In this document: positions 17,952 to 30,527 of the stretch, piece by piece | How the letters are laid out: each line of letters begins with the position of its first letter | How positions within the stretch are numbered: position 1 is the first letter of the stretch | Origin: the human T2T-CHM13v2.0 reference genome, Homo sapiens | Assembly (NCBI RefSeq): GCF_009914755.1 | Contig: NC_060931.1 | Strand: one strand, 5' to 3' | DNA length: 64,000 nt | The notes under the pieces: model-generated | What the model was told of the DNA's origin: nothing | Seen by the model: only the letters and a program-made list of their open reading frames with translations | The model's database searches: none | Translations under genes and position numbers: made by a program

Positions 17952-18968
17952 TTACATTTTGGCATGATTTTGCAGCGGCTGGTACCGGTTGTTCCTTTCC
18001 ATGTTTAGCGCTTCCTTCAGGAGCTCTTGTAAGGCAGGCCTGGTGGTGACAAAATTTCTTAGCATTTGCTTGTCTATAAAGTATTTTATTTCTCCTTCGC
18101 TTATGAAGCTTAGTTTGGCTGGATATGAAATTCTGGGTTGAAAATTCTTTTCTTTAAGAATGTTGAATATTGGCCCCCACTCTCTTCTGTCTTCTAGGGT
18201 TTCTGCCGAGAAATCCGCTGTTAGTCTGATGGGCTTCCCTTTGAGGGTAACCCGACCTTTCTCTCTGGCTGCCCTTAACATTTTTTCCTTCATTTCAACT
18301 TTGGTGCATCTGACAATTATGTGTCTTGGAGTCGCTCTTCTCGAGGAGTATCTTTGTGGTGTTCTCTGTATTTCCTGAATCTGAATGTTGGCCTGCCTTG
18401 CTAGATTGGGGAAGTTCTCCTGGATAATATCCTGCAGAGTGTTTTCCAACTTGGTTCCATTCTCCCCATCACTTTCAGGTACACCAATCAGACGTAGATT
18501 TGGTCTTTTCACATAGTCCCATATTTCTTGGAGGCTTTGCTCATTTCTTTTTATTCTTTTTTCTCTAAACTTCCCTTCTCGCTTCATTTCATTCATTTCA
18601 TCTTCCATTGCTGATACCCTTTCTTCCAGTTGATCACATCGGCTCCCGAGGCTTCTGCATTCTTCACGTAGTTCTCGAGCCTTGGTTTTCAGCTCCATCA
18701 GCTCCTTTAAGCACTTCTCTGTATTGGTTATTCTAGTTATACATTCTTCTACATTTTTTTCAAAGTTTTCAACTTCTTTTCCTTTGGTTTGAACGTCCTC
18801 CCGTAGCTCAGAGTAATTTGATCGTCTGAAGCCTTCTTCTCTCAGCTCGTCAAAGTCATTCTCTATCCAGCTTTGTTCCGTTGCTGGTGAGGAACTGCGT
18901 TCCTTTGGAGGAGGAGAAGCGCTCTGCTTTTTAGAGTTTCCAGTTTTTCTGCTCTGTTTTTTCCCCAT
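17952..18968 (-). CDS. ORF1: L1 ORF1p, intact 338 aa (E1)
   Basis: MGKKQSRK...NHAKM; REKG, RR and YPAKLS motifs retained. Confidence 0.93.
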   Translation of the reverse strand: MGKKQSRKTGNSKKQSASPPPKERSSSPATEQSWIENDFDELREEGFRRSNYSELREDVQTKGKEVENFEKNVEECITRITNTEKCLKELMELKTKARELREECRSLGSRCDQLEERVSAMEDEMNEMKREGKFREKRIKRNEQSLQEIWDYVKRPNLRLIGVPESDGENGTKLENTLQDIIQENFPNLARQANIQIQEIQRTPQRYSSRRATPRHIIVRCTKVEMKEKMLRAAREKGRVTLKGKPIRLTADFSAETLEDRREWGPIFNILKEKNFQPRISYPAKLSFISEGEIKYFIDKQMLRNFVTTRPALQELLKEALNMERNNRYQPLQNHAKM

Positions 18969-19870
18969 CGTTGTGGTTTTATCTACTTTTGGTCTTTGAT
19001 GATGGTGATGTACAGATGGGTTTTTGGTGTGGATGTCCTTTCTGTTTGTTAGTTTTCCTTCTAACAGACAGGACCCTCAGCTGCAGGTCTGTTGGAATAC
19101 CCTGCCGTGTGAGGTGTCAGTGTGCCCCTGCTGGGGGGTGCCTCCCAGTTAGGCTGCTCGGGGGTCAGGGGTCAGGGACCCACTTGAGGAGGCAGTCTGC
19201 CCGTTCTCGTATTTCCAGCTGCGTGCTGGGAGAACCACTGCTCTCTTCAAAGCTGTCAGACAGGGACATTTAAGTCTGCAGAGGTTACTGCTGTCTTTTT
19301 GTTTGTCTGTGCCCTGCCCCCAGAGGTGGAGCCTACAGAGGCAGGCAGGCCTCCTTCAGCTGTGGTGGGCTCCACCCAGTTGGAGCTTCCCGGCTGCTTT
19401 GTTTACCTAATCAAGCCTAGGCAATGGCGGGCGCCCTTCCCCCAGCCTCGCTGCCGCCTTGCAGTTTGATCTCAGACTGCTGTGCTAGCAATCAGCCAGG
19501 CTCCGTGGGCGTAGGACCCTCCGAGCCAGGTGTGGGATATAATCTCGTGGTGAGCCGTTTTTTAAGGCCGTTGGAAAAGGGCAGTATTCGGGTGGGAGTG
19601 ACCCGATTTTCCAGGTGCTGTCCATCACCCCTTTCTTTGACTCAGGGAACTCCCTGACCCCTTGCGCTTCCCAAGTGAGGCAATGCCTCGCCCTGCTTCG
19701 GCTCGCACACGGTGCGCACACCCACTGACCTGCGCCCACTGTCTGGCACTCCCTAGTGAGATGAACCCGGTACCTCAGATGGAAATGCAGAAATCACCCA
19801 TCTTCTGCGTCGCTCACGCTGGGAGCTGTAGACTGGAGCTGTTCCTATTCGGCCATCTTGGCTCCTCCCC
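18969..19870 (-). promoter_or_regulatory. E1 5'UTR sense/antisense promoter with intact YY1 site
   Basis: CpG-rich; ggccatctt (YY1, AAGATGGCC on minus) at 19851-19859. Confidence 0.85.
19424..19657 (+). CDS. ORF0: L1 antisense ORF0 (E1), 77 aa
   Basis: MAGALPPASLPPCSLISDCCASNQ... matches primate ORF0; ATG about 446 nt from the L1 5' end. Confidence 0.75.
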   Translation: MAGALPPASLPPCSLISDCCASNQPGSVGVGPSEPGVGYNLVVSRFLRPLEKGSIRVGVTRFSRCCPSPLSLTQGTP

Positions 19871-20509
19871 CAGGAGTTTCTCTTGAAGGAGACCAGCTGA
19901 TGCATGTCCATGGCTGCCACATTATGAAACAGAAAAGAAGCAAAGGGCAGAGAATACAGTCTTTGCCTTCCAGAAGTTTAGTTGGGTAAACCAATGGGTG
20001 TTACACATGTGAGAATACAAGCATGCATGTGACGGTGCCGGATTACGATATGCAAAGATTCCGAGGGAGTCCAAAACCATCAAAAGGTCAACCTGGGATG
20101 AGTTTAATCAGCTGAGCAAAGTAGTAAACTTAGATCAGTGCACAGAAGGTGGAACAAATGGAATGGGTACAGGCAGACAGGGGAGGAGCTGCAGTAAAGT
20201 TAAAGAAGAGAATGAAGAGCATGGCCTAGTTGTTTCTTAAAGAGCTGTCTACGAAGACAGAAAAGAAGCAAGGAGAGAGGGAGTTCACAAGGCAGAGAAT
20301 AAATATGAAGTGAAAAGAGGGTAGAAACATGAAAGAGGCAAGAAGGTCTTCGTAAACTGCTCATTTGTTTATTTTGTTTAAAAAAGACATCTGAGTAACT
20401 TCAGACTCAGACCATGATCTGCATGGCAAGAATCCAGGAAGCCTTAGTCTGTTGGAATGAAAAACATTTCATCAGGATCCAATAAATTATTGCATTTATT
20501 AAAGAATAA

Positions 20510-20690
20510 AAAAGGAGCATGGTATTTGGAGTTGGTAGACCCTTGCAGCCCTGCTTATGGACTAATATTGGGTAAGTCACTTAAATTCTGAGTTAGATTT
20601 TCATATGTTAAATGGATATAATAAAATCTTTATGTCAGAGTTATTAAGAGGATTAAATGAGCCAGAATAGTTAATGGGCAGTGTAAATTC
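20510..20690 (+). mobile_element. MIR
   Basis: gggtaagtcacttaa...ttttcatatgttaaatgg...gaggattaaatgag. Confidence 0.65.
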
Positions 20691-20953
20691 TAATGTGATC
20701 CACAGAGCTAGCTACTATGCTTTAGGAATGTGAGCCACAGTACCAGTTACTATGCTTTAGGGATACACACGTTAACATCTAAATTTGAGTTAAACAGACT
20801 TAGGTATCCATAATCCCATCACTCAAAAACAATTACTGTAACTTTTTAGTATATAAATTTTTTCATATTTTTCCCATTTCTATCTAGAGATATATATTTG
20901 CATATTTTTCCTGTCTGTGCCTTTACTCCCACCCCCTAAACAAATGAATTATT

Positions 20954-21230
20954 TTTTGAGACAAGGCCTCACTCTGTGGCCCAGGCTGGAGTGCAGTGGC
21001 ACAATCTCGGCTATTCCAACCTCAATCTCCCAGGCTCGGTTGATTCTCCCACCTCAGCCTCCCAGGTAGCTGGGAATACAGGCATACACCACCACACCTG
21101 GCTAATTTTTTGTATTTTTGGTAGAGATGGGGTTTCACCATGTTGCCCAGGCTGGTCTTGAAATCCAGAGATCAAGCGACCCACCCACCCAAAGTGCTGG
21201 AATTATAGGTGTCAGTCACTGCACCTGGCC
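20954..21230 (-). mobile_element. AluJ
   Basis: Antisense dimer; perfect TSD caaatgaattatt at 20941-20953 and 21231-21243. Confidence 0.93.
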
Positions 21231-21339
21231 CAAATGAATTATTAAAACATGTTTTGTTTTTCTCTCTAAATGGCGTATTGTGGACAATCTTTTGTGTTAG
21301 TAAATAAAGATCTATATAGCACTTTTAAAGGCTACATGT

Positions 21340-21728
21340 TGTAGAGAGTACTAGAGCTCACCCATATCTTGTTATCTTCTTCCTGGGCACAGAGAAGGAT
21401 ACACAACCTAGTTCCCTTAAGTTAGGCAGGGCCAAATAACTAGCTCTGGCCAATTAGCTCTAAATGAAAATGTCACTTATAAGTGGAGGCAGTGACAAGC
21501 ATGTCACTTATAAATGGAGGCAGTGACAAGCCTTTGCAAGTCCTGCTGCAGTGGCATTATACAGAAATGCTGGAGCTATGGGATAGAAACACCTTGAAGA
21601 AGGTGCTGCCTTGAGGAGGTCACCAGACACTCAATAGAAAAACCCAAAAAACTTTTAGATGTAAAACCTCCATGACTTCAGAATTTGTTTGTTACAGCAG
21701 CATAATCTAGCTTATTCTGAATAATACA
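21340..21728. mobile_element. Old MLT1 (H/I/J-like) LTR
   Basis: ttgtttgttacagcagcataatctagcttattctgaataataca terminus. Confidence 0.65.
21470..21531. repeat. 31-bp tandem duplication
   Basis: atgtcacttataa(g/a)tggaggcagtgacaagc x2, one mismatch. Confidence 0.9.
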
Positions 21729-21739
21729 CTGGACAATAA

Positions 21740-22860
21740 TCCACATGTGGCACGTAGGTTGCTTCAGATTCCTATTATAAATAGTTCCGCAATGAGCATC
21801 TTTATTTTTTTCAAATATATCTGATTATTTATTTCCTTTGAATAAGTTCCTGGAAATAGAATATCTGGGTCAAAAGGTATACACACTTTAACTTCTGATA
21901 CATATTGATTAATTGCTCCTTCTCAGAGTTTGCACTAAAGTTGCAAAGTCACCCAGAGTATATTAGAGTACCATTTATTATACGTGTTTGACAAAATGAT
22001 ACATTTTAATCAACCAAATTTTTAAAAATAAATATGCCTTAAATGCTAATGAGTTTTGCTTTTTTCATAAATTTATTGGCCATCTAAATTTCTTTAGTAA
22101 AGTACAATTAATGTCTTTTAGTATACTTTTCTGTTTGGCTTTTTGTTTTATAGTACCAACAGTACTTGATAGGATAAGAATATCAACTCTTTGTTGGCCT
22201 ATATATTCCAAATACGTTTTTTACATGTTGTCTTTCAATCTCACTTTTAATATTTTTGTCATATGATAACCACTTTTTATATAGTTAAAATTAAGAGTTT
22301 CTTTTATGGTTTCTGGTTTTGGTGTTCATATCAGCTTTCTAATATTTTCTGTCTCAAGTTTTTTTTTTAATTGTATTTTAATCATGTGCTTATAGGATTT
22401 TGCTTCTTATATTTAAATTGTTAACCCCTATGGCAGTTGTGTGGTAGGGCTCCTATATCAAATATGTTGAATAATTTATCATTTTCCATTTGATTTTAAA
22501 TAACACCCTATCATATAATAAATTCCCATATATATATTTAGTATTTGTGCACTCCTTATTCAGTTGATCTAGCTGCTGTTCCTAAGCCAGTACGTGCTGT
22601 TTAATTTAATTTTAATTTTTTAGAGACAGGGTCTTGCTATATTGCCAAGGATAGCCTCAAACTTCTGGGCTCAAGCCATCCTTCTACCTCAGTCTCCCCA
22701 GTAGCTGAGACTTCACGTGTGTGCCACTGTGCCTGGCTCTGCTGGTTTATTTACTGTGGGTGTCAATTTTATTAAACTTACTGCAAACCCCTCTTACCAT
22801 TACTCTTTTTTAAGAAAATTAGAACTTTCATAGCTATATTTTTATATTATTTCAAGATAA
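21740..22860 (-). mobile_element. Diverged L1M 3' region, containing a FLAM
   Basis: T-rich antisense old-L1 sequence (gggtcaaaaggtat..., tttattggccat...). Confidence 0.5.
22612..22738 (-). mobile_element. FLAM Alu monomer
   Basis: tagagacagggtcttgctat...gccactgtgcctggc. Confidence 0.8.
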
Positions 22861-23966
22861 TTAGAATAATTTTGCAATGTTCCACATGACAAAATATTTA
22901 TTGTTTCAAATGAAATCTGCAGAACTACTGCAGTTGAAGCAATGGAAAAGGGGGTGAGGGTTGAAATGCCACCTACTTCTCCACCAGCTGGATCTCTGGG
23001 ACCACTTGTCAGGAACAATTCAGGGAACTGCTGCTCCAGAAATTCCTCCTGCTCTAATGGACATCCTGTCCCATCAGCAAAGAAACAGAGGCTTATGGTC
23101 ATTTTTCTAGACTGATGCCCTGGTCCCCTCACAAAATGGCAGAGGCTCTCAAACCTTCGACGCCTATAACCTGCTGCCGCTTCTCACTGTAGTCACTTTG
23201 GCTGCAGGTGCTGAGCATTATGAATTGATCACCCCTACCCTTGTATCTGCTTTTCAGCTGACCTAAATAATATCTTCATTGCCTCAGTACTTGAACATCG
23301 GTTCCATATTTAAATATTTTCACTTAACAGTAGCTTTGGAATGATTTAAATAACTACTCATTTCTATACTCAGCTGAAGGGAATATAAAATGTGACCCAT
23401 TAAAGATGCGTTATAGATGGAGAGGTGACAAATATGTGGAGACTTACTTTCCCTGGGTAAAAGGAGAAAGCTCTGTGGTGGCCCCAATATCTCAAGTTAC
23501 TTTTTTGTCCTTAACACCTAGGTGGAAAAGTCAGGAATCCACCCTTCTAACTATTATTATATATCTAGAGTATTTGTGGTATTATTATTATTATGCACTA
23601 AAAGGGATAGAACACTTACCTTTGGTTTCTTTTTACAACTGTAGCACAGAATAAGGAAGGCCTGGTTATTCACTGTTTAGTGAACACACATTCTAGGTCT
23701 GGTAATGATCAAATGTGGATCTAATTATTCCACTAATTATAATTCCAATGACCACATGTAATTCATTTTGTCGAGTTAAAGTTTAGAGAGAGTTAAATGG
23801 AAAGCCATCTTTCTCTTGCCATAATGACCTTAAAATACATACAGTGTACATTAAAAAATCATATTAATTTGTTAAAACAAGGCAATGGAACATGTGTCTT
23901 AATGAGAAGGTTGACTAACCTTTGTTGGAATTTGTTAGAAGTAGATTAGAAGGCTTCCCATTCAGT

Positions 23967-25300
23967 CATTCATTCATCATTTGTTAATTCATTAATATTT
24001 TGTGACTGTCTAATATAAAATACTATTCTATGTATGAAGGATACAGTGCTATGGATATATAGCAGGGGAAAACTTATGCTATAATGGAGTAAAAGTTTAG
24101 CAGGGAGAGATAAAAATTGAAAAATAATAAGTAAAAACGATATCACCCACTGTATGATAAGCGCTACGCTAAAAATTAAAAAATAATGAGACATGATAGA
24201 GATTTCCTCCTTTGGATTGGATGGTCAATGGAAACTTCTCTCTGAACTTGGCCTTGAGCCAATATATGAATTTCCATATTCAAGGGAGACACTCATATGA
24301 ATATCACAGAAAGAACCTTACAAGTGGATAGGAAAACTGGAATAAAGCCATAGGGTGGGGAGAAGTTTGGTAAGTTTCAGGAGGCCACTGTTACCAGAAT
24401 ATAGTGAACAGAGGGAGTGTGGTGCAAGATGAGTTTCAGCAGATAGGTAGGAGCCAGACCAGGTGAGTGCCACCATGCGTGGCTCTGTTGTTTTATTTAC
24501 CATAGATGTAGATTTTTCTAAGCTTAGTGCAAATCATCCTCCAATAGCTTTCCTTCGTACATCCAAACTAGAGGACTTTGCAAGCTAGGTTAAGGAGTTT
24601 GAATGCTATCCCAAGTATGAAGGAAAGTCATTGGAAGATGATAAGATGTGAGTAAAATGTTTTGATTTAATAGACAGCATGCTGATTGCTAAACAGAGAA
24701 TTGATTAAGAGGGTCAAGATTCAAATGATGCAGTCATGGGTGGGGGAAATGATGATGCTGGGAAGAGAGAAAATTTGTTGGAGAAATGTTCCTGAGTAGA
24801 CAAGAGGTGACATGCAAAAGGATGGCCTTAGAACAAACTATTCATTCATGACAGGAAGAAAAACAGGTTAATCTAGATACAAGGAGGTGGGTAGAGTGGC
24901 ATTAGGAGGGTTGGGAAGGTATATTCTGATTGCTTCTATTTTTTCAGTGAAATAGGAAGCAAGGTCATTATTGAGAGTGAGGATGGGGAGGGATGTGCTG
25001 GAGGTTTGGGGGAAAAAAAGGAGAAAATATAAAATAGTAACCTAGGAAAATGGTCATGGCAAGTATTATGACTGCCAGGCAGCATAAACAACACTCTTAA
25101 AGCTAACAATCATAAATATAAAATGAGACCAGTCAATATGACTATATTTTTCTCCAGCCAAATTCAACTATACAGAAGTACATGGGAATACAAAAAAATT
25201 TGGAATTTATCAGGGTCGATGTTTGTTAAAACTAGAGAGGGACAAGAGGGTTCAGGATTTATGCTAGTCAGCGATTTTAATGATGGACCATGGAATATTG
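23967..25300 (-). mobile_element. L2 fragments
   Basis: Starts cattcattcatc; purine-rich L2-like body (gcaagatgag...gagccagacca...gttaaggagtttgaat). Confidence 0.6.
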
Positions 25301-26059
25301 GGTGAAGTTAGGAGACAGGACTCATTAACATTAAGGTTTGTTAGGCATCTGTGTTAGAACAGCACGTGTAACCATTAAATGAATAGATATAGAATGTTTA
25401 ACTCCCAAAACAATGGAGAAGGAAAAATGGAAAGAGAAAAAACTTCAAACAAAAATTCAAACTGTTAATACTCACCTTCTTGTATATAAAGAGAAATCCA
25501 CCCAGATTAGCCTATAAATTCAGTAAAAAATTCACATTTTTTCTGACATCTTATAAGCTTCAGTTAGATTCATAACTGCTTTCCAAATCTGATTTTACTT
25601 TGTTATGCTCTTTCACAAGTTCTGGCATACAGGTTTTATTAGCCTCATGCAGTGAGTGGAGTGCCAGTCCTCTTTTTCTAGTGTCTGAGACAGTATATAT
25701 AAAATAGACATTATTTAAAATCAGAGAGTTTACCTGTTTGGGCTGAATGTCTTTTCTTGAACATAGGAAAGTTGGTGATAAATAGACAATGATAAATTAA
25801 ACTTATTAGAAGTTATTTATTATATTCTATTTCATTTTGAGTCGATTTTGATGATTTACATTCTTCTAAAAATTTTTCTCATTATTTATAAGTCTTTATC
25901 TTAAGGCTGATCTTCATCTTACGATTTTATAAATCAGGGTAGAACAAAGAGAAAATCTCAAAAATACACCTCCCATGTTAACAGTAGTATGAGAATGTGC
26001 ACCACTAATAGGAGCAATGGGATTTAGCAAGCTGAAAACGTAAGATGGGATTTTTAGTT

Positions 26060-26467
26060 GGTGATGCCATCCAAAAAAAAAATAAAAATTATTTCCCAGC
26101 TCTCATTGCAAAAGGATGTGTAGTCATGTGACCAGGTTCTGGAGATTAGCAAGTAAGTGGAAGTGGTATGTTTACTTGTTAAAAGGAAGAGCCACGTTCT
26201 TTTTTCCCTTTCCTTGACCCTGCCGGCTAGAAAGTGAATGTGATGGCTGGGGCTTCTTTCTTGGATCATTAAGTGAGAATGGATCATGCATAGAGGAACC
26301 AAAAGGTGGAAGGGACCCAATTTCCTAAGTACTTTATGTAACAGATCCACTATCTAGTCTTGGACACCCTACGTCTGGATTTTAACATGAGAGAAAAATC
26401 TTACACCCTTTTGATGGCTCTGCTATTGAGAGTTTTTAAAGTACTTAGGCGCTTATATATGTTATAC
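26060..26467. mobile_element. MLT1J-like LTR
   Basis: atttcccagc...gtcatgtgaccaggttctgg...gtgatggctgg. Confidence 0.55.
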
Positions 26468-27619
26468 AGAAAATATTGATAGAAAACCAAGAAAACTTAT
26501 ATGGTAAGTCTATTTTTCATCCTTATTGTGTTTGTATTTTCCAAATTTTACAAAAAGTTGCATTTAAACTTTAAATGTAATTAATATATGTTTGTTGACT
26601 TAAACTTTAGAAAACATAAGCAGAAGAAAAAAATTAGTGATATTCTCACTACTTACTTAAATTTTGATGTGCATTTTCACAGAGAAAGATAGATTACACC
26701 AAACAAAACCTAGTCCTCCATTCCTCTCCCTATAAACTCAGAGAACAATCCAGGAATCCTCATCAGAGCAGGAGGTCTTATCTGGTGGCCTTTAGGGTTT
26801 TAGTCAAACCATTATCCTAGAATATTATACCTTTTTAAAATCCCCTTTTCTACTCAAAGATAAATTTGGCTTTTAAAAAATGTCATTCCATATACTAAAA
26901 GTCCCCCAAATAGGCAAATTGTTTTGGATTTTGGTGGAGAAAGTGAATTTACAAGCAAAGAGTTAGGTACTTTGTGCTCTAAAACTTCATAACCTTTACT
27001 TGTAGGTTGGAAGATTAGAAGGTATTGCACTATAAGTTGTAATGGCCCGGAGGCAGCCATTATAGTCTAAAGGTCAATGCTCTGTGAGGCACAATTTTAG
27101 TAAGTGGATTCTGTGATTTGAAAAAAGAAGAAGAAAAAGAAGAAAAAAGTAAATTCTCTGGTTCAGCTTCAACAGAGGTGTTTTTTATGTTCCAGAGATA
27201 AATTCCTTGAGTCCCTTAGTTCACTGCAACTAAATAGAACAAAATATACTCTTACCCTCAATTCAGGTTTTGTAATTTAATAGTCTGAAGCTTGAGTAAT
27301 GATTACACACACTTATTCACACACACAGCACTAATTTTACTGATGAAAAAAGGCTTTAAAAAGCTTTAAAAAGAAGACTTTTTAAAACCCTAGCTCTGTC
27401 AGAGATGCTTGTTAAAAACAAAGGTGTCACAAGTTGCTTCCTATCTCTATTAGTAAAATACAAAAATAGAAAACAGTGCAGAGAATAAAAATATCAACCT
27501 CTCAACAAGTGTTCCCACAGATCTTCTTCACAAGATAGCTCATGTACACATTATCCTTGTCATGTTGGATTCTCTGATAAAAGCTTAGAAAGAATAATGC
27601 AAATTAATGTCAACAATAT

Positions 27620-27683
27620 ACTTTTTGTCCAAATCATATAGCACTTTTGTCCAAATCATATAGCACTTTAGTCCAAATCATAC
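27620..27683. repeat. 22-bp tandem repeat, about 3 copies
   Basis: acttttgtccaaatcatatagc at 27620, 27643 and 27665. Confidence 0.9.
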
Positions 27684-29566
27684 AGTCCTAGGCTTTAATG
27701 AAACATCTGCAGTTTGTTGTGTGACATTAATTAATCTATTTAATTTTTCTGGCTTCAATTTATATTTTAAAATATTATTTTATTCTATAAAAGTGATACA
27801 CACATAGTTTAAAAAGTTAAACATACAATATAATATGCCGTAAAAAGTACATGCTCATCTCATCCTTGTTCCCTGGTTACCTTACAGAGAGGCAAATACT
27901 GTTAACATCTGAGATTATTCACCCTGGAGAGATAATGTGCAAATACAATCATACAGGCATGTTTTAGTATGTCAATCTGATAGGTTTAAATTACATATTA
28001 TGTTATTTTAATAAACATTTATTTAATGGTTGACAAGGCTGAAAATATCTTCATTTCATTTTATTGAACTTTAATTCATTAAAAGTTGTTTGAACTTATT
28101 TTTCTATAAACTGCCTGCTCATGTCATCCTCCCATTTCCTTACTGGTTTTAAAATATTTTTTCTAATTGATTCATAAGAACTCTTCATATAATAAGAAAG
28201 ATAGCCCTTTATTATATATAGCATATTACAAATATTCTTCCTGCTTTGTCAATGCCATTGAATTTATAGTATTCTATTGCTATGCAGACAATGTTTAATT
28301 TTTATGTAGGCAAATTTATCACCTTTTATGGCTTCAAAGCTTTGTGCCATGCTTAGAAAGGCTTCTCTCATTACAAGATTAATTTTTAAATTCTCACATA
28401 ATTTCTTTCAGTACTTTTAGAATTTCCTTTTGTAGTGATTAAATCTCTGATATTTGATTTCATCTTGGTATAAATCCATCTGAAGTAAGAATTAATTCAT
28501 TATTTTTCCAGAAGACTAGGCAATTGTTCATGACTAGTTATTAAGTAAATTTGTTTGGGCATGGTTTTGAAATACTTCTTTGATAACAAGCCACATTACC
28601 ATGAGGATTTTGGTATACATCTCAACTCTTCCTTTGGTCTATTGTGTTTTGTTTCTATGTGCCAGTAAAAGTGTGTTTTAATTAATATAGCATTTAGTAC
28701 CTTGTAGAACTAATGTCACGTCAGAAATTTATGTGTTTCTAAATTGCTCCCTACTCTAAAAATTATCTGTGAAGTAATTTCATTGGAATAAAATTAATGT
28801 ATAGGTAAATACAGAGAGATTTGCTGCCTTCAAAATATTGAGTCTTCTTATCCAATAAAAGGTATATCATTATATTTCTTCAATTCTTGTTTTATCCTTC
28901 ATTCTTTTAAAGTCCCTTTATATATGTCTTGAACATTTCTTAAATTTACTCGTATTACATTTTATCATTTTGTTCCTATGACAAATACTACCTTTATCCC
29001 TTTATATTTTAATGTAACTTTCACTTATACATAGGAAAATAATTGGTTTGTTTGCATTAATGTTATTTTATTGTTTGTGGTGTTTTCCAGCTGTAAAATT
29101 TAATCATATATGTAAATAATGATAATTCTGTGTCATCTCTTCAAACCTTTGTATTTTTTTTTCCTTTCCAATTCCACATTTATAACCTCTAAAGCAATGA
29201 GAAGTAATCATTGTAATGGTGGACATCATTGTCTTTCTCCTGTTGAAAATACTTTGAGTAGTTTCACCACTCAGCACAATGCAGGTTTTGGCTGTCAATT
29301 AGATGGATATTAAAAATATCTATTTATTATTTTTTTATCAAGAGTCTTTTAAAACCAACAATGGATTTTGAACTTAAATACCTTCATACCCTTTCTGAGC
29401 ATAATAATATAAATTTTCTCTTCTGATATAATAGAAACATAAATTATATTAGTAATTTTTCTAATAATCTTAATTTTTTGTCTTGGTTATGATGTATTCT
29501 TTTAAAGCAATGTTGGATTCTGTTGGCTAATATATTATTTTGGATCAATATTCACAAAATGACTGA

Positions 29567-29626
29567 TACACACACATACACACACACATGCACACACATA
29601 CACACACACACTCACACACACACACA
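29567..29626. repeat. (CA)n microsatellite, imperfect
   Basis: Direct read. Confidence 0.9.
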
Positions 29627-30527
29627 TTTAGTATCCTGTCAAGTTTTGATATAATTATTTTGATGGGTACATACAAAAAATAAAAGTTTTTCTTTGATCT
29701 CTGCTAGAATCATTTCAATAGCATTGAAATTTTCTGAACATTGCGTTGACATTTTGGGTAGGCTTCAGGTGTAATATAATCTGGGCCTGATGCCTGCAAC
29801 TTTTGAACAACTTTTATAATTTCTCTGAAATGCCCTAGATTTTCTATCCCTTTTGAAGTCACTTTTGGTGATTTAAGTTTCTAGAAATGTCAACCATTTT
29901 TTTTAGATTTTTAAAATCCATATGCATGAAGATAAGCAAAGACACATTTTAAATATCTGCACTAAGGTTCTCAACTTAATTTCTCATTTTAAATATTTTC
30001 GCTTTCTCCATCTCTTGCCATTTAAAAACTTATGTTAATGGTTTACCTATCTAATTAACCTTTTAAAAAGCGCAATTTTTAAAATTCATTCATTTCACTC
30101 TTTTTTGTAGCTATTCAGGAATTTCACACTTTATTTACTAGTTTCTTCATTCTGATTTCCTCAAGTTTATTTTATTGGTGATGACAATTTCTTATTTTGA
30201 ATGTTTAATTTGTTCTTGTTCCTTCTTATTTGACAGTTTTTCTTTGAAATTTGATTTTTCCTCTGATCACCTTTTTTGCCTCCTTCAGGTTTCAGTATGT
30301 ATTGTTTTTAGTATGTTGTTTGGATTTCTTCTCTCACCTGACAGTGTTGTAAAAGAGATTAAAATCTTCATTTAGCTCCTAACATTTAAAAATTTTTTAT
30401 AATTTAGGTATTTATCACTAATTTTATTTTACTGTGGATAAAATAAATAAAACAAAACTTGTGTTTTGAAGTGCATTACGATTTTTATCTCCTAATAAAT
30501 GTTCATTCCTTAAGAAGTTCTATGTGT

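Larger units (their letters stand above)
22880..27446 (-). other. Candidate decayed multi-exon gene or spliced lncRNA (exons 27446-27256, 27110-27000, [26816-26710], 25511-25476, 23638-23620, 23262-~22880)
   Basis: Paired AG/GT splice signals in non-repeat islands and a terminal AATAAA at 22902-22897; all three frames contain stops. Confidence 0.35.

Noticed and set aside
20700-20761. tactatgctttagg repeated at 35-bp spacing
   Set aside because: Degenerate local tandem duplication with no functional signal
22880-27446. TGA-rich frame as a selenoprotein
   Set aside because: The same frame has TAA and TAG stops and I see no SECIS; CpG decay or chance is simpler
27620-27683. 22-bp direct repeats as a CRISPR-like array
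   Set aside because: Head-to-tail with no spacers, in a primate context; an ordinary minisatellite
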